Shown in pieces: positions 11,920 to 26,083 of a DNA stretch of 64,000 bases (its first letter is position 1; each line of letters starts with the position of its first letter). Both the position numbers and the translations under genes were made by a program. The stretch lies in assembly GCA_004022145.1 (NCBI GenBank), contig RCNU01000012.1. The stretch is one strand, 5' to 3'. This DNA is from Paecilomyces variotii. Its lineage: Eukaryota. The notes beneath the pieces were generated by a model. That model saw only the letters and a list, made by a program, of their open reading frames with translations, did not search any database and was not told where the DNA came from.

Positions 11920-13651
11920 TCACGCGGCGGCCTGGATAGGAGCAGTGGTGGTGGCGACGTTGGCAGCAGCGGGAGCGTCAGCAACAGCCTCCTTCTCCTT
12001 CTCCTCCTCCTTGGCGGCCTCCTCAGCGGGCTTCTCCTCGGCGGGAGCGTCCTTGCTGATGGGCTCGGGCTTGTCCTCACCCTCGGGGATGGTCTCAGGC
12101 TCAGCGGGAGCGGCCTCCTTGTCCTTGCCGGACTTCACGGCCTTGCTGGGCTTGCGGAACAGACCACCAAGCTTGTTCTTGGGCTTGGCCTCGCCCTCGG
12201 AGTCCGAGGCCTCACCCTTCTTCGCATTCTTGCCGAAGGTGCCGAAGAAAGAGGTGCGGCGCTTGTCCTTGGGGGTGGTAGCCTCAGCGGTGGCCTCAGC
12301 AGCCGGGGCGGACTCGTCCTTCTTGGCAGCCTCACCCTCGGCGGGAGCCTCAGTCTCACCCTCAGCGGGCTTGTTGGCCTCCTCGACGGGGTTCTCCAGC
12401 TGAGGAGCGGTGCTGGAGACAGCAGTGGTCTCCTCAGTGCCGTTGGCCTCCTTCTCAGACTTCTCGGTGGTCGGGCTGGTGACCTTCTGGAAGAAGTTGC
12501 CGAAGATGGAGGTGCGCTTGTTCTTCGCAGGAGCCTCAGCCTTCTTCTCTTCCTTCTTGTCCTCGGTAGCCTCAGCAGCAGCAGGAGCTTAGGAAATGTT
12601 AGCTAGAGTTCTTTAGATGCCCAGTCGGATCGACTTACCCTCAGCAGGAGTCTCAGTGGCAGCGGAAGCCTCGGTGGTCTCAGCGGCGGGCTCAGCGGGC
12701 TTGGCCTCCTCAGCCTTGTCCTCCTTCTTCTCCTCCTTCTTCTCCTCAGCAGTCTCCTCCTTCTTGTTCAGGAAGGCACCGAAGATGCTGGCGCGCTTAC
12801 GGGACTGGGAGCGGCTCTTGGTAGCCTTGTCCTCGTCAGCGGGGGCGGACTCGTCCTTCTTTGTGGCCTCAGGCTCAGCGCCCTTGTTCAGCTTCTCCAG
12901 CTCGGCCTTGTAGCCCTCGCTGGAGGTGATGGCCTCCTTCTCAGCCTTGGCCTCAGTGGCCTTGGCCTCGACGGCGGCGATCCAGCTGTCACGCTCTTCC
13001 GCAGAGGCGGCCTGGAAAGTGTGCTTCTGGCCGTTGGCCTTGATGATGAACTCAGAAGAGCCCTCCTTGGAGACGGTGACGTCGGCCTGTGCAGTCGTTA
13101 GTTTTGTGTTGTCTTCCTCCTGCATTCTCATCTAAGCTTACCAGAGAGAGGATACCGGCGGGGGTGGCCTTGTCCTCAGCGCGCTTGGCGAAGAACAGCA
13201 GACCCTTGCCAGACTGGCTGGCCCAGGCGGCGAGGGGGTGAGCGACGGAAGCCTTCTCGGTCTGGAGGTACTGGGAGAGAGACTTGACCTCGACGGGCTC
13301 CTCGCTGAAGTAGAAGTAGCGCTTGACGAAGCGAAGGCTCCTATTGTCATGATTAGCATCTTGGATGTTCCTGCTGGTCGAACCCTGTCTGAGGAGGATG
13401 ACTCACTTGACGAGACCGGGAGCCTTGTATCCCAGCACACCGTCCGTCGCGGGGGTGACCTCCTTCTTGGCCTCCTCCTCCTTGGGGGCCTCCTCAGTGC
13501 TCTCCGCAGCGGGAGCAGCCTCAGTGGCCTCCGCGGGGGTCTCCTGGGGAGCTTCAGCAGCGGGAGTCTCCGTCGCAGGAGCCTCAGCAGGAGTCTCAGT
13601 GGCGGGGGCGGCCGCGGGGGTTTCCTCAACAGGCTTCTGGGTGTCCGACAT
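11920..13651 (-). CDS. Glu/Ala/Lys-rich protein with a PH-like domain (Meu6-like / 'immunogenic protein' family). Exons 13651-13407, 13340-13142, 13086-12639, 12587-11920
   Basis: Spliced ORF includes DGVLGYKAPGLVKSLRFVKRYFYF, GKGLLFFAKRAEDKATPAGILSL and KHTFQAASAEERDSWIAAV (PH C-terminal helix Trp). Three introns restore the frame (the last uses an AAG acceptor). Strong GC3 codon bias. Confidence 0.85.
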
Positions 13652-14200
13652 GGTGAATTACAGGTGGTGGGGAGATTAGAATTTCAGTTAAGAAATTAAT
13701 AAAAAAGCCGGTAATAAAGGTGTAGAAACGGGGGCGCGAGATCTGGGGTATCAGGGGTATCTCAACAAGCAAAAACAAAGGGGGAGCTTTCAGAGACGAA
13801 GAGCTCGGGTATCACAAGGGGACGCGCAGCAACCGGCTGATGGTCGAGAAGGAACCTGGGAATGGAACGGAGAGAGAGAAGAGAGAGGGAGAGAAAAGAG
13901 AAGCAAAAGAGAAAAAACGGGAGGGAGAGGCCAGAAAAAGTATCGGGGTTGTTGGTAAGGGGAGAGGGGGGGGGTCGGACGGGAGTGAGCACAGGACCAG
14001 GAGGGCAGGGAGCAGCAGGACGCTAGACGGTCTAGAGACGCTCTAGAGAGCGCCGGCGGGGACGTCGAGGGGCGGTCTAGTGGGTGGACAATCTCCCTTT
14101 TCCAGCTGTTGTTTCGCTCAGGAGGCCGACCACGCAGCACAGCAGAACACAATTTACCATACTGTATCTATGGTACAAAGGGATCTGGAGAATAATAGTG

Positions 14201-14237
14201 AGTTAGTTAACTAACTAACTAACTAACTAGTTAGTCA
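14201..14237. repeat. (TAAC)n/(GTTA)n microsatellite with internal inversion
   Basis: agttagttaactaactaactaactaactagttagtc. Confidence 0.8.
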
Positions 14238-17200
14238 GGCTGGCTCGAGTAGCCTCCGTGCGCGACCCAAGGGGGCTCGACCCGTGCGGTGGAGTTGGTC
14301 GCCCAGGAACGGGCCCGTTTTGCGGTGACGGTACGTTGTAAATTCAACGACAATCGACCTGCGAGTCTTGGGCGTCTATCTAGTTACTAACAATCTACGT
14401 CTATTATGATTATTATCGATTCTTATTGGATTGACGCTCTTGTCTTGTCTGTTTCATGTGGAATGGCAGAACAACCAGTGACCCGTTGGCAGCACGGGCG
14501 CCGTGTTCGTCGACCTGAGACTCGTGCTATCACTGTATCATCACTCTAACTAGCTACACCATTGCGATACCAATCACTACTAGATTATAGATATTCCTAC
14601 GACTCCAGCAAAAAAAAAAGGGTCGTGTCTGACCCTTAGTTTGCTGCCGCCACGCAGACCTGACAGGTCTTCTCCTCCTGATCGGCCGCCGGTGCTGCAC
14701 GCTGCACAACGGTCGCCCAGTCGGATCTGGAGAGCATCACGATACAGACGCGATCCCGCATGCTGAATGGGCCAGCACCATCAACAGGGCTCTCCACTGG
14801 CAGCACAAGAATGGGAATTCTTCTGGAATCTAAGCCCTCTCCATGGAGTCCATGCTGGTTTCCACCCGTCCAAGAGTTGAAGTTGCATCTGTCTCCGCTG
14901 CTTGGGTTGACCCGTGGGGGAGTCTCTGACTCGAGCATCGCGACACGCAAGAAGAAGTATCTAGTAAGTACTCCGTAGAGCATGTAAGTAAAATACCATA
15001 CTGACTGCTTCAGCCTTCGACACACCTTTCACGGTGGCGTCTGTCCCTCCACCAGGGATCATCGGACCAGCGTCGAGCACAATAATACATTGATCAATAC
15101 GAAAGAATCTTTGCCCATCAAGCCATCTCGCTTCTCCCTTCTCCCTTGTCTTGTCGTGACGAGCGAATCGTGGCCCGTCGGGCGCATGACCGTTTCAAAC
15201 TGCGAAGTTAGCGGGCCAGTGGTGGGATCCACTTGGTCTGCTTTCTTTTTTCTCTCCGGTCAGAAGCTCAACCCTGCAGCAAGCACGCGATGGGAGAAGA
15301 AGAAGAAAGAAGAGGAAGAGGAAGAAGTTGAACACACCTTTACTGCTCGCGTGCCGGATCTCATCGATGATGAGATTGCACGGGATTGCTTACTGTAGAT
15401 AGATAACTCTCCTCGAGGAGATCTATGGTATAGTATGCAGCACAACCCTGAGAATTACTGGTTCCAAGTTACTCTAGTCTAGATATAGGAAACAGAAGCT
15501 ATTCGTTAGTTAGCTACTTAATTATCACGGTTCACCACCACTCTCTCTGGCCACATCCAAGTGCAATAATTGCTGCTTTCTGTCTCTCTCTCTCTCTCTC
15601 TCTCTCCTGCAAATTATCTATCGAGTGCGAGACGCGGCTGCTGCCCAGCAGGGTGGAGTCCTGCTCCGTCCCCCGTGGCCATCGGGCGATCCTTTCATGT
15701 CGTTTCCCAGTTTCATATCAAGCACATCGGGATCACTTCAACACCGTCCAGATTGGCGCCGTCGACCACCCCACCGGAAACCGCCATGCTATCGTCTCAT
15801 GTCTCAAGCAAGGTGAAACGGTGCATCGCAGGGCCAGCCCTACCGCGTCCCCTAGAGCAGGTACCAGCGTTAATAACATGGCTGGTCTTAGTTATATGTT
15901 ACTACTAACTAACCTCTTATTGGTAATATTGGCAATAATTAATAACTAACTACTATCAACACCAGCGACCAGACAGCATGATACTACTGTTTGCCCTGCC
16001 CGATCGAAATAATGCTTCTGCTGCGACTAGACTATCTAACTATCTATCTAGTGTGGCAGCAGCCAAGCATCTCGACTTGCCGTGCTGGCATCGAGAACGT
16101 GCGATGCCCCCCTTTCTTTCGGGATGGGTTGACAGCCCACGACGCCGATCCACTGATCTCACCCCCCTTTCGCCTTCTTCCGGTAAGGCTCGCTTCCTGA
16201 CTAAACAACCTTGGGGGAGCTCTCTGCCAATCCGTCCTCGCGTCGCCAGCCGATCCCAGGTCTATCGTGAGCTTGCTTTGCTTTCCTCACCACCACCATT
16301 TTTGATAAATAATCAAAAACCCCGTCCTTAGTGAAACGACCGTAACTAACCCTCTTTCAGCATGGACGCTTCCAACCGAGTTAGATGGTCGCACAAACAA
16401 GAAAAGAAAAGAGGAAGAAGGAAAAAAAAGATGAGAAAAGCAGAAACCGGAATGGAACACCGCCAGGAGGGTGGGTTTCGGTCCCTGAGTCAAGACAAGC
16501 TTGTCCAGGATGTTTCGCGGAGCTCTTCCAGGCGCGCGTAGATCCAGTCGATCCGTGGTCACTGGTGGATAGCGCCGTGACATCGTGGCTGGCCGGATTA
16601 CTCAGTGTCAGACTCTCAGAGGCTCAGAGCTCTTCGCTCTGAGTCGTTATTTACGCTACATACGGAGCACTAGCTACGTATCTATCTAATATGCTGATCC
16701 TGAATAATTATTGTCTGCGATCAAATCACACTCGGTCAATCCGCGTCGTGATGACTCTCCCAGTTGCAAATTATTAACTACTTATTATTTATCTACGTAA
16801 TATTCCCTTACTATATTATGATACTCCACTGGAGCTCCGCGGTCGGCCAACGGAATCATTCTTGGCGCCCGCAGCCCGAAAAGGCAGGCAGAGGAAACTT
16901 TCCGTAGTCTTTCCCGAACGAGTGGACTTTTTTGCGCCGCAATTCGGCCGTCTAGGAGGCAAAATATTAGGTACCAATACCATACTTAGCAGGTCATCGT
17001 TTCCTGATCACCGGGATTCTGCTTCCCGCCCATCTGGACAGAGTTCTCGGCGGGAATTTGGAAAGCCCATGATGCGCGGGGCAGTATAGCAAGATCGCAA
17101 GATGCGACTACTACTACTCCGTATCTACCCCTAGAATAATAATTCCCCGGTTCTAGCTATTCCATATGATCCGATCCCACATTGAATGGCCATCTTCCAG

Positions 17201-18574
17201 TCCCGACTGGCTGACCAGACAGTCAGGCATACGAAACAATAACGTGGCATCACTCAATAATAATAATAATAATCAATAAATTGTCTCTCGGACTTTTCCT
17301 CGCCGCCCTCCCTTGCAGAGTCTCGATTCTGGACCATTGCCCCTGCGGAGCCTTGCTTAAAGACCGTTTATTATCCCGCCATGGCGCTTATGATGGATTC
17401 AATGGTCTTGCTGGATCTGACTATTATTCAGATGGCTTTTCCATCACACTGGAATTGAATCAGAGTTCACACTGGTCTTTCTTTTTGAGTTTCCTATATT
17501 CATCCATTATTCCCCTTGCCGTGGGACATGTCACCCTGCACGTGAGAACAGCTGACCTCGTCGCGAACACGAGAGATGAACCTATACCTATCTATCTTTA
17601 GAAGATGGCGCAAACCCCGAAAGGAAAGACTGGCAGATCCGGGAAATTCTCCGGTGAAGATACCATATCCACGTCCCAAGGGAAAAAAAAAAACAATCAT
17701 TTATCGGGAGAAGGCCACACCCATCCCATGAACCCCCCCCCCCCTCCCACGGTCTTTGCGTTTATAAGGCGCGGATTATTTATCCAATAGAAACCTCTCC
17801 CGCGTCACCAGAAGATCGTCCCATGCTTATCTATCTACATACTTCGCTCACGAGATCGAGTAGATTCACACACACCCCTCACCTACCATCAAATCAACAA
17901 GCAGTATACTATAGTACGAGCCTCAGCCTCAATCAGTCCAGTGTACCATAGCCCGCTGCTCGCGTGAGCGAACCCCCATATTGCGCATACCTACGGTAAG
18001 GGTCCTGGTTACTCGCTGTTATCTTTTTCTGTACGGTAGCACCCCTCACTCCACGAGTATTAAGAACGCCCTGACATCATCACGTCTAGTCCAAGACTGA
18101 TATCTATGGTATGGTATGGCATGGTACTCTAGTTACATACCTACCTACGGTGATAATGGAGTGGTCGTCTGACCATACCATACATAGATAGATGCCCTCT
18201 CTACAAATTATCGATTCTGTTCGGTTCGGGTTGAACTTACTTGGTTACGCCTCATGGAATGTGGCGAACACATGACCATGAAGTAAAAAAAAAGAAAAGG
18301 TACTACATACGTACTCAAAACTCAAAAGAAACTTTACTTACTTACTTACTCACTAGAAAAAAACTCCCTTAGTTAATGAGAGTAAGGTGCCAGTTTAGTA
18401 ATAGTAATAGTAATATACCACTGACAGAGGAGTATCTAACCATCTAACTAACTATTCATAGCGCTCTAGTCAAGTATCTAGTTACTCTATCCATATCCAT
18501 GGAAGGATAGACGAGTACTGTATGTATGTACATATGCTAGGCGGGGCATCCCAGATCCCCACGTGAACCTCACA

Positions 18575-18670
18575 TACCACATGCCACACCACACCACACC
18601 ACACCACGCCACGCTATGCCATGCCATGCCATGCCACACTCCACCTGGATCTGGATCTGGATCTGGATCT
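18575..18670 (+). repeat. Compound microsatellite (CACAC)n-(ATGCC)n-(GGATCT)4
   Basis: Read directly. Confidence 0.85.
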
Positions 18671-19732
18671 AAATCCCAATTCCACGAGATAGACAAGCAG
18701 CCGATCGATCCGCGTGTATGGTATCAGATTCTTCCGATCGGAATGCATGAACAAGACAAGACAAGAAAAAGCATGCTAGATTGGATTAGATCGTATTAGG
18801 CTAGATTCTATCGGATAGATTGACTAGTTATGTATTTGACGTACCATATATGCGTTGATTATGGCATGCGTAACTTGTGCCGGTCTGCCGTTTGTGCCGT
18901 GTTATTCTAGGTATAGTATAGTAGAGTAAAGTGTAGTGACTTGATTACTTACTCTGTATACGTAGAAATGGAAATGGAAATACTATTGCTAATTACTATT
19001 CCTATTATTAATTAGTGGTATTGCTATTATTGTTCAATAACAGAGACAAAAAAGAAGAAGAAGAACAGAAAGGATGATATACGCTATTCATTTACTATAC
19101 AGTACATATTACTGGTATGACTTAACCCGTAAGCTAATATTAATATGAAAAAAAAAAGGAGATTAGACCCGTCATTGACTTTAAATTTATAGAAAGACGG
19201 ATCGGTAGAGGTTGGTAGGTAAGTAATACATACAGATTCAATGAATGGAGAGGTTTCTTTGGACGGGAGGAATATGCGGTATACGGTGTAGGAGAGAATG
19301 AAGCGCGGGTTGCATTGCGATGAGATATGGGTAGTTACCTAACTATGGTTATACATACTGAAGTTGATGCATTGTTGGATGGTAGCTCAATAATATACCT
19401 GATCCTGTCCAGCGCTGTCCAGCGCTGTTTTACGAGTTCGCATTGTGTACGATGGACTTGGATAAATTTACATACGATTACTAGATTGGATGACTCATTC
19501 TGTAGATTTCCTCATTTCTCAGGAAGAATCGAAGCAGGGCTCCAGTTGAATTTTTCTTCTCGGACAACAGAAGATAACAACCGCTCTTATATAGCAAAAC
19601 GTAGCAAGTACAGTTGATTTCAATCGCTCAAAATACCACCCGCCTGAAATGGTTCTAGTCGCTATGTAGCAATGCATCGCTGGAAAAGAAACATAACACC
19701 AATAAGATAGAACGCGAGCAAAACCATCTTGC

Positions 19733-22700
19733 TCATCCGGCCATAGTGAGAACGTATCTATCATGCTAATGTCAGTATCAAGTACTCCAACAACCAGACT
19801 CAAGTCAACTTACGCTGTGATGCTCTCCATCCGCTCGGCTGTCAGCTTCAAACTGACTCTCAACAGCTCCTGTGCGATCTGCGGCTCGCGTTCCCGCAGT
19901 TCCTCCCACTTCTCCGCGCTCAGGCACCATGCAGTGCAGTCTTGCTCCGCTGTCACAGTGGCCGTCCGCTGTGTCTCGCTGAAGAAAGGCAGCTCTCCAC
20001 AAGGTCGTCCTGCCACTATGAGTTCGAAATACTGGCCCTGCGGCATATGATACTCCGCACGGAGCATGCCAGACTCCAGAAGGTAGAAGTTCCTGGGCGC
20101 GTCGCCTTCATGGAACAGGACAGTTCCGGCCGGGTAGAACTCCTGCACAAAGTACGTGGTGGCAGGAAACCAGAAGTCTTCGTTCTGGGTCGTCATACCC
20201 TGGAAGGTCTGCAGGAGCAACGGCAGGGGCTGTCGGAAGGTGGACCACTTCGGCAGAACGGCCATAACAGCTTCGTCTTCGCGCAGAGTCGTTGTCGCTA
20301 CCTGGTGGAGATAGCGCCGCCGCGGAGAGCTGAACAACGTATCAGCCGACAACGGAGCGCTATGTGCCTTGGGGACCTCGAGGTATTGCGTCGGTTGCTG
20401 CGGAATCTCAGATAACGCCTCCTTGCGGCTGTAGAACACCTTGAGGTAATCGTTTTCGCAGAACTCCAGCGCCGAGTTCAGATCCTCGAATATCTCCACA
20501 CCAGCCTCCTCCTCGAAGAGCCCGACATTTTGCAGACTTCTTCCCACTTCACCTCCAACATTTATCCCCGATATGATGGTCTGGACGTTCCTCTTTCGAA
20601 GAATTCTGTTGATGCGCGTGAACGCTTCCGCGGCCGAGAAGTCCAGTCCGTAGACCCGGGAAAGATCGAGCACCAGGAACCGTATTGGACGCCGTGAGAA
20701 TGCTTCCTCTTCTATAAGCCCTCGAGTCGTGTTCTCGACCTTGACGATGGTTCCGAAAAACAGGAATCCAGCCAGCTTGATAATAAGCGTTTGCTGTCCG
20801 GCTTCCTTTAGGTACCGTTGCTGGATAGGATGCCGTCTGACGGTTGAGCCAGCAACTGCGCCAGAGTAGGTCGCTCTGATGGCAGATTTGCGTGACGTCT
20901 GGACGACGAAGTTGACACACGCGAGGATTATGCCCACGAGGATACCCGCAACGAAATCCCAGGCACCCATTGTGACGACGATGATCACCACCTATAAGCG
21001 TCAGCATGCCGCAATCACAGACAGCAGATAAAAAACATACCGTCAGATACTCCAGTCTGTGCAATTTGCCCCACGTATCGATCAGCGCCTCCTCCATCAG
21101 TTCGATGCCCAGCAAGAAAATGAGAGCACCGACAACCATGATGGGTATGAATCCGATGATGACCGGTCCCACAATGAGAATACCTCCCGTAGCTACAGCC
21201 AGGAGTATGCCTGCTAGACGCGAGCTACCGCCGCTATCAATAAACAGGAGGCTGTTCGTGTAGACGAGATAGTTCTATTGCCGGTCAATACAAATCTACA
21301 ACGAATGAACAAATCAGACAACGTACCTGTATGCTGCCCGCAAATCCAGAAAGGGCGTTCGTAACTCCATGAGCAATAAGCTCTCTGTCGACGTTCAAAT
21401 TGTCTTCACCAGTCGAGATGCCCAAAGCCGGAACATTGATGGGAACGTGAAGCACACCGAAGAACGTCAGCGCAAACATGGCGGGAATAGTATCAACAAG
21501 AGCAGGCCAATTGACGGTGGAGAAGTCTGTTAACAAGTGTTAGCAGAACTCAGCCTATGTTCCGTCCCAAGTTGCACTCACCATAGAGCGTATAGAAATG
21601 GTACCACGGATTATTCGACGAAGGGGCATCAAATACCCATCCATTCTCTCGCAAAGTGCTCAAAGGAATCTTGGCGATAGAAATTACCACGTAAAATAGA
21701 CCCGCAACCGCAATGAAGTAGCCACCAACAAGGAAGTTCGACTTGATAAAACGTTTCAGAACAAGAAGGAAAACTGCAAGCAACAAGGGTATCGTCCAAA
21801 GGAAAATTGTATCAAACTGAAAAAGCTTGTGCAAAGTCTCAAGATTATATTCGAGCGAGCCCGGCAGTCGACCTGAGACCTCGACACCTGTAGCCACCAA
21901 GAACCAGCCAACACCACCAATACAGCCTATAAGGATATGACGAGGGAAGAATCCAATAAGAGACCCGAGCTTGCAGGCACCCATGAGGAAAAATACAATG
22001 CCTGTCAAGACGGAGCTCATTGAGAAAGACAGAATAGTAGTTGCCAGAACGGACTTTGGATTATCCTCGCCCACTCTGTTCAGGATCATGAAGGCCATTT
22101 TGTGGAAAAATGGAACGACTTCAATCATCTCGCTCCCCACACCGCCTCTGAAGATGGAGCCGCCACTGGAAAACACCAATTGTGCAATTATAGTACTGAC
22201 ATAGAACATGGAGATGCCATCAGAACCAAGATCTGCAAATATCGGTTCGCCCAGCGGAAAGAGAATCATGCCGTAGGACAAAGCATCCAGGACGTTGAGA
22301 AGAAGTCCCAGGAACACAGCGGGAAGCAGGCTAACCGGCCGAACCACGCCCTCTTTCCATATCGTTCGTCTATTCCAAGACTTCGGATTCAGAACGAATC
22401 TCCGGAACTGCTCACCCTTCGAATGGGCCAGAGTGAATATATTCTCTTTCCTTCTTATCGCTGGGCCCTGGTTTTCAATGTCACCTATAGAGCCATAACC
22501 CTGTTGTTGATTCGACGATCTTGATGGCTTCCTAATCAGCGATGTCTGCTCGTTATCTGATAGCTCCGACTCGTCCGTCACTGTAAGGGCCGGTCTCGGG
22601 GTCAACTGCCCTTCACCATCCTCCTGGCTGCCAGTGTCATTGGGAGGGGAATTGCGTATCAATTCCGTCAATGCTGACGAACTGGGCTGGCGAGAGGGAG

Positions 22701-23272
22701 CAACCTGCGTCGATGGCAGTTGCGGGATCTCCTTTAAAATCTCTGTTGCGGAACTGTTCGCCTCCGACATTACCTCCGGATCATGTTGGTCTGGCTGCAT
22801 GACATCCAGAATGGGCGGGATATCGGATATTTTTGGAAGCGACGTGCCGCTCAGTGCTGATTCCGCATCTGACAATGCTAACGAGGCCAGTTCAGCTGTC
22901 TGTTCCCGAACACCTTGAGAGGAATACTGGGCGGGGTCTGTTCGATTGCTTGTCAGTACGTAGATCTGCCTCAAATCCACCCCGTCTTTTGCCCGCGAAA
23001 GATTGTGTCCGGAGGGGCATACCTTGGGAGCCATGGAATAATGACCGATGGTAGAAAGATCGAGCGGGAGTCCGCAGACTGGTACCTGTGTACGAAGTCT
23101 CAGGTCTAAACGAACCGGAGGCTGCGTTATTAGGAAGATTCGCTTGGCCTCCAACAGCTACAGCAGCCTCTGAGCTGTTCTGGGCCCCCTCCTCCGCCAT
23201 CGAAGGCTGTTCATGGCGTGACAGCGCCGAAGCACGGGAGTCACTCCGGCCGCGAGAGGTGAAAACACCCAT
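19733..23272 (-). CDS. SulP/SLC26-family transporter with STAS and cNMP-binding domains (yeast Vsb1/YGR125W-like). Exons 23272-23023, 22937-21582, 21526-21327, 21274-21041, 20991-19814, 19757-19733
   Basis: [50 protein letters not shown]...LDFSAAEAF (STAS) and [13 protein letters not shown]...GELPFFS...RTAT (cNMP). Five GT-AG introns restore the frame. Confidence 0.92.
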
Positions 23273-24549
23273 GTCGATGCAGCTCAGGACCCCAGAGGCC
23301 TGTGTCGCAGCCGATGCAGCCGGACGGCCAGTCTCACGCGGAAATTTGCTGTGGTAGATCTCTGGCCGTGCGGACAAGTTCGAAGATCCTGGTGTATCGA
23401 TAAGGATGACGCAAAGACAGGAACAGATCGAACAAGTGGCATTGCTCTGCGATGGAGGAAGAAGGACACGGAGTGATCAGAGCAGACGATGCAATGGCTC
23501 AGATACAGATAAGGTACGGCCCAGACGACTAATTGCTATCTCCAAAGAAAACCGGCCAAAGTCAATCATAGGACAAGCGCTTTAGTCTATCGCGGTGGAA
23601 CTGCCAGGCATTCCGTCAGAGCCGCAGGCGCCCCTCTAGCTCGCGTGCTCTCCCGTGGTTATGCTGCTCAAGCGAGCTCAACAATGGGTTTTTGCGAGAG
23701 AACAAGAGCGCCCTGATCACTTAGCAAAAGAATAACTGAATAAAAAATTTCTCAGCTTGCTCGGGCCAAGGTACTTACTGCCTGCACCAGCAACGTGCAT
23801 TGACATCGCCAGGCGAATTCTCGCGGAGCTAACGGGCATTTTACCGACCTAAGGTTGACTGGCCTCGATCCTTTATTCCTCCAAGTGTACCCCTCCTATC
23901 TAGCAGCTACGCTAGCAAAGGAGAACTGTCCGCGAACCAGATTCTACGAAGCCTCGAAGCTTGACAAACGATGCAAGCTGCCGCTTCATGGCAAATTATC
24001 CGACGAAGATCCTCCTCGAAGCCAGCAGATCTATAGCTGAAGAACGAACCGTCTCACGGCCGGGCTCACATATGAGGCCAAGATTGTCTCAGCGTTTTAT
24101 GGTTGAAGTTAATTCTGCATAGCATATCGTCTAGACCCGAAGGAACATTTTAGCATATTTTATGGCCCACCTGGTTCAGGTTGTTGCTCTGCAAATCGTA
24201 TAAGAGTACAATTCACTTTTTCCTTGATCCCTGCTGCCCTCCCGCCTGGACGTGATGTGCTGTGCTGTCTTACGAGTGTGGAAATGGTACGAGGACGAGG
24301 GAGGAGGACAAAGAATAAGCCGAGTTCACATGTCACTGTCATCATGATCATGTCGAATTCATATGCACTAGAGGAACATGACATGAGCTAATACTGGCCC
24401 TCTGGAGATTAGTTAAAGCAGGCAAAAAACATGCCTAAGCGTCATTGTGCCTCTGTAGTATATACACATCAATGTTTGGGTATCTTGACAAAACTCCCCA
24501 ACTCCGTTTTATTTGCCCGGGGACGAGCCATCATGATCTCAAGCCAACA

Positions 24550-25314
24550 TTAGCTCAGTCGTTGGAGGAACCCTTGCGCGATCAATCGTTCTACATCGCC
24601 CTGTCGCACATAGAATTGACTATTCTTGGTCAAATTGATAGCCCTATAGCGGCAATATCGGTCAGCATGGAGATCCCCACGAGTCGATCAACAACGCAAC
24701 ATACCCGTATTCTGTCTGGATCTCTCCTGCGTCCTTGAGAACACGCACATCGATAAACAGATCCTTCGGGGGCTCCAAGCTGCCCGTTAAATCGATATCG
24801 GTCCATTGACCCTTATATGCAGCAAGTAGATCACTATATTGTCGGAAGTATTCCTCCTCTTCCGGGCTGAGAGAGCTCTGACCACCACTTTGCGAGCTCA
24901 TCGGGCCCTCCTCAGACTCCACGGGCTGCTGTTGCTCGAGCACGTCAATGCCGTTCCAACACATCTCCTCAAGCTTTTCCGTACGGACTCGATGGTAGGC
25001 GAGCAGACAGCGTTTGTTGCGCCGCATGCAGAGGTGATCGACGAGCAGTGCACATGCAATCGCTGGTTCCGCGGAGGGATTGAACGACCCCTCGAAGGGG
25101 GCCAGTGTGCGCGCGTTGTCCTTCTCTAGATCACGAACCTCACGAGCTACCGCCCGTACCATCTCGGTCTGATACGGAGGTAGATGGGCGAGGGACTGGG
25201 TTCGTTTCGCATGTTGGACCTGCCAGTCGTGGATAAATCGCGTCAGTGCTCAGCTCCGGCTTCAGGATCGGCCGGTCATGTACGTACCAATTTGTTCCCG
25301 ATGTCACCGTACAT
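24550..25314 (-). CDS. psf1: DNA replication GINS complex subunit Psf1. Exons 25314-25288, 25219-24705, 24643-24550
   Basis: MYGDIGNKL|VQHAKR, RRNKRCLLAYH, PPKDLFIDVRVLKDAGEIQTEYG|AINLTKNSQFYVRQGDVERLIAQGFL. Confidence 0.96.
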
Positions 25315-25531
25315 ATCTGCGGTATTCCAGAGTGGCTTTCGAGTAAAAATGTCAGAGACGTGGTGATCGAAGTTAAGTAATGTCGATAAGCGAAAGCAAT
25401 CAGCTTAGGTATGGAGGCTATCCCGCTTAATCGGTACGCGCAGCGGGACGTGGCCGTGTATCACAGAAGAGCGCTTGGCGCATGCTTTGTCCCTTATTCT
25501 ATCAATATCGCGCGCAACTAACCAATAAGCG

Positions 25532-25621
25532 TCTTCGATGGTCTAACGGTCATGATTTCCGCTTGTCACCCTCGAAAGGGAATAAGCGCGGGAGACCGGG
25601 GTTCGACTCCCCGTCGGAGAG
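25532..25621 (+). tRNA. tRNA-Asp(GTC) with an 18-nt intron (25569-25586)
   Basis: Acceptor stem TCTTCGA/TCGGAGA, anticodon GTC at 25565-25567, B-box GGTTCGACTCC and a downstream oligo-T terminator. Confidence 0.95.
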
Positions 25622-26083
25622 TTTATTTTTTGCTTTTTTATTTTCGTTCCCCCCGGTGTATATACGCATCACTTGATTCTTCCTGTTTCCTCCCTCTCCC
25701 TGGAAGATATCTACTGCACATCTACATCGTCTATTATCTTGTCAAACCTGCTTATGGATCATATTCGACAGTCTTCTTTTTTGTAATGCAAATGCCTACG
25801 TGAGCTTATTATCGTACATACATAAGAGCACCCAAGAGCCGCTAGCCGTGTAAAGGCCTCAGAAAGCAGCGATCAAACAGAAGGAAACCAAACAGATTCT
25901 TGGAACAAAATGCAACATCAACCACTTAAACGCCCAAATGGACTCTCTCAAACTCCAGAATCCCCCCACCTGACTTTGCATTTCCCAACATGCCACCGGA
26001 ATCCCGAAGTTCGAATGAGGACATACAGATCATGACATTCGTCAGTCACAAAAGACTCATAACGAAAGATGCATCACACCAGA

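Noticed and set aside
11786-13699. Long plus-strand ORFs (11786-12403, 12617-12913, 13238-13699)
   Set aside because: Antisense shadows of the GC3-biased PH-protein gene.
9000-19700. RIP-mutated transposons in TA-rich intergenic stretches
   Set aside because: The sequence appears rich in TAG/CTA words and microsatellites, but I saw no terminal repeats or transposase/RT remnants. RIP indices were not computed.
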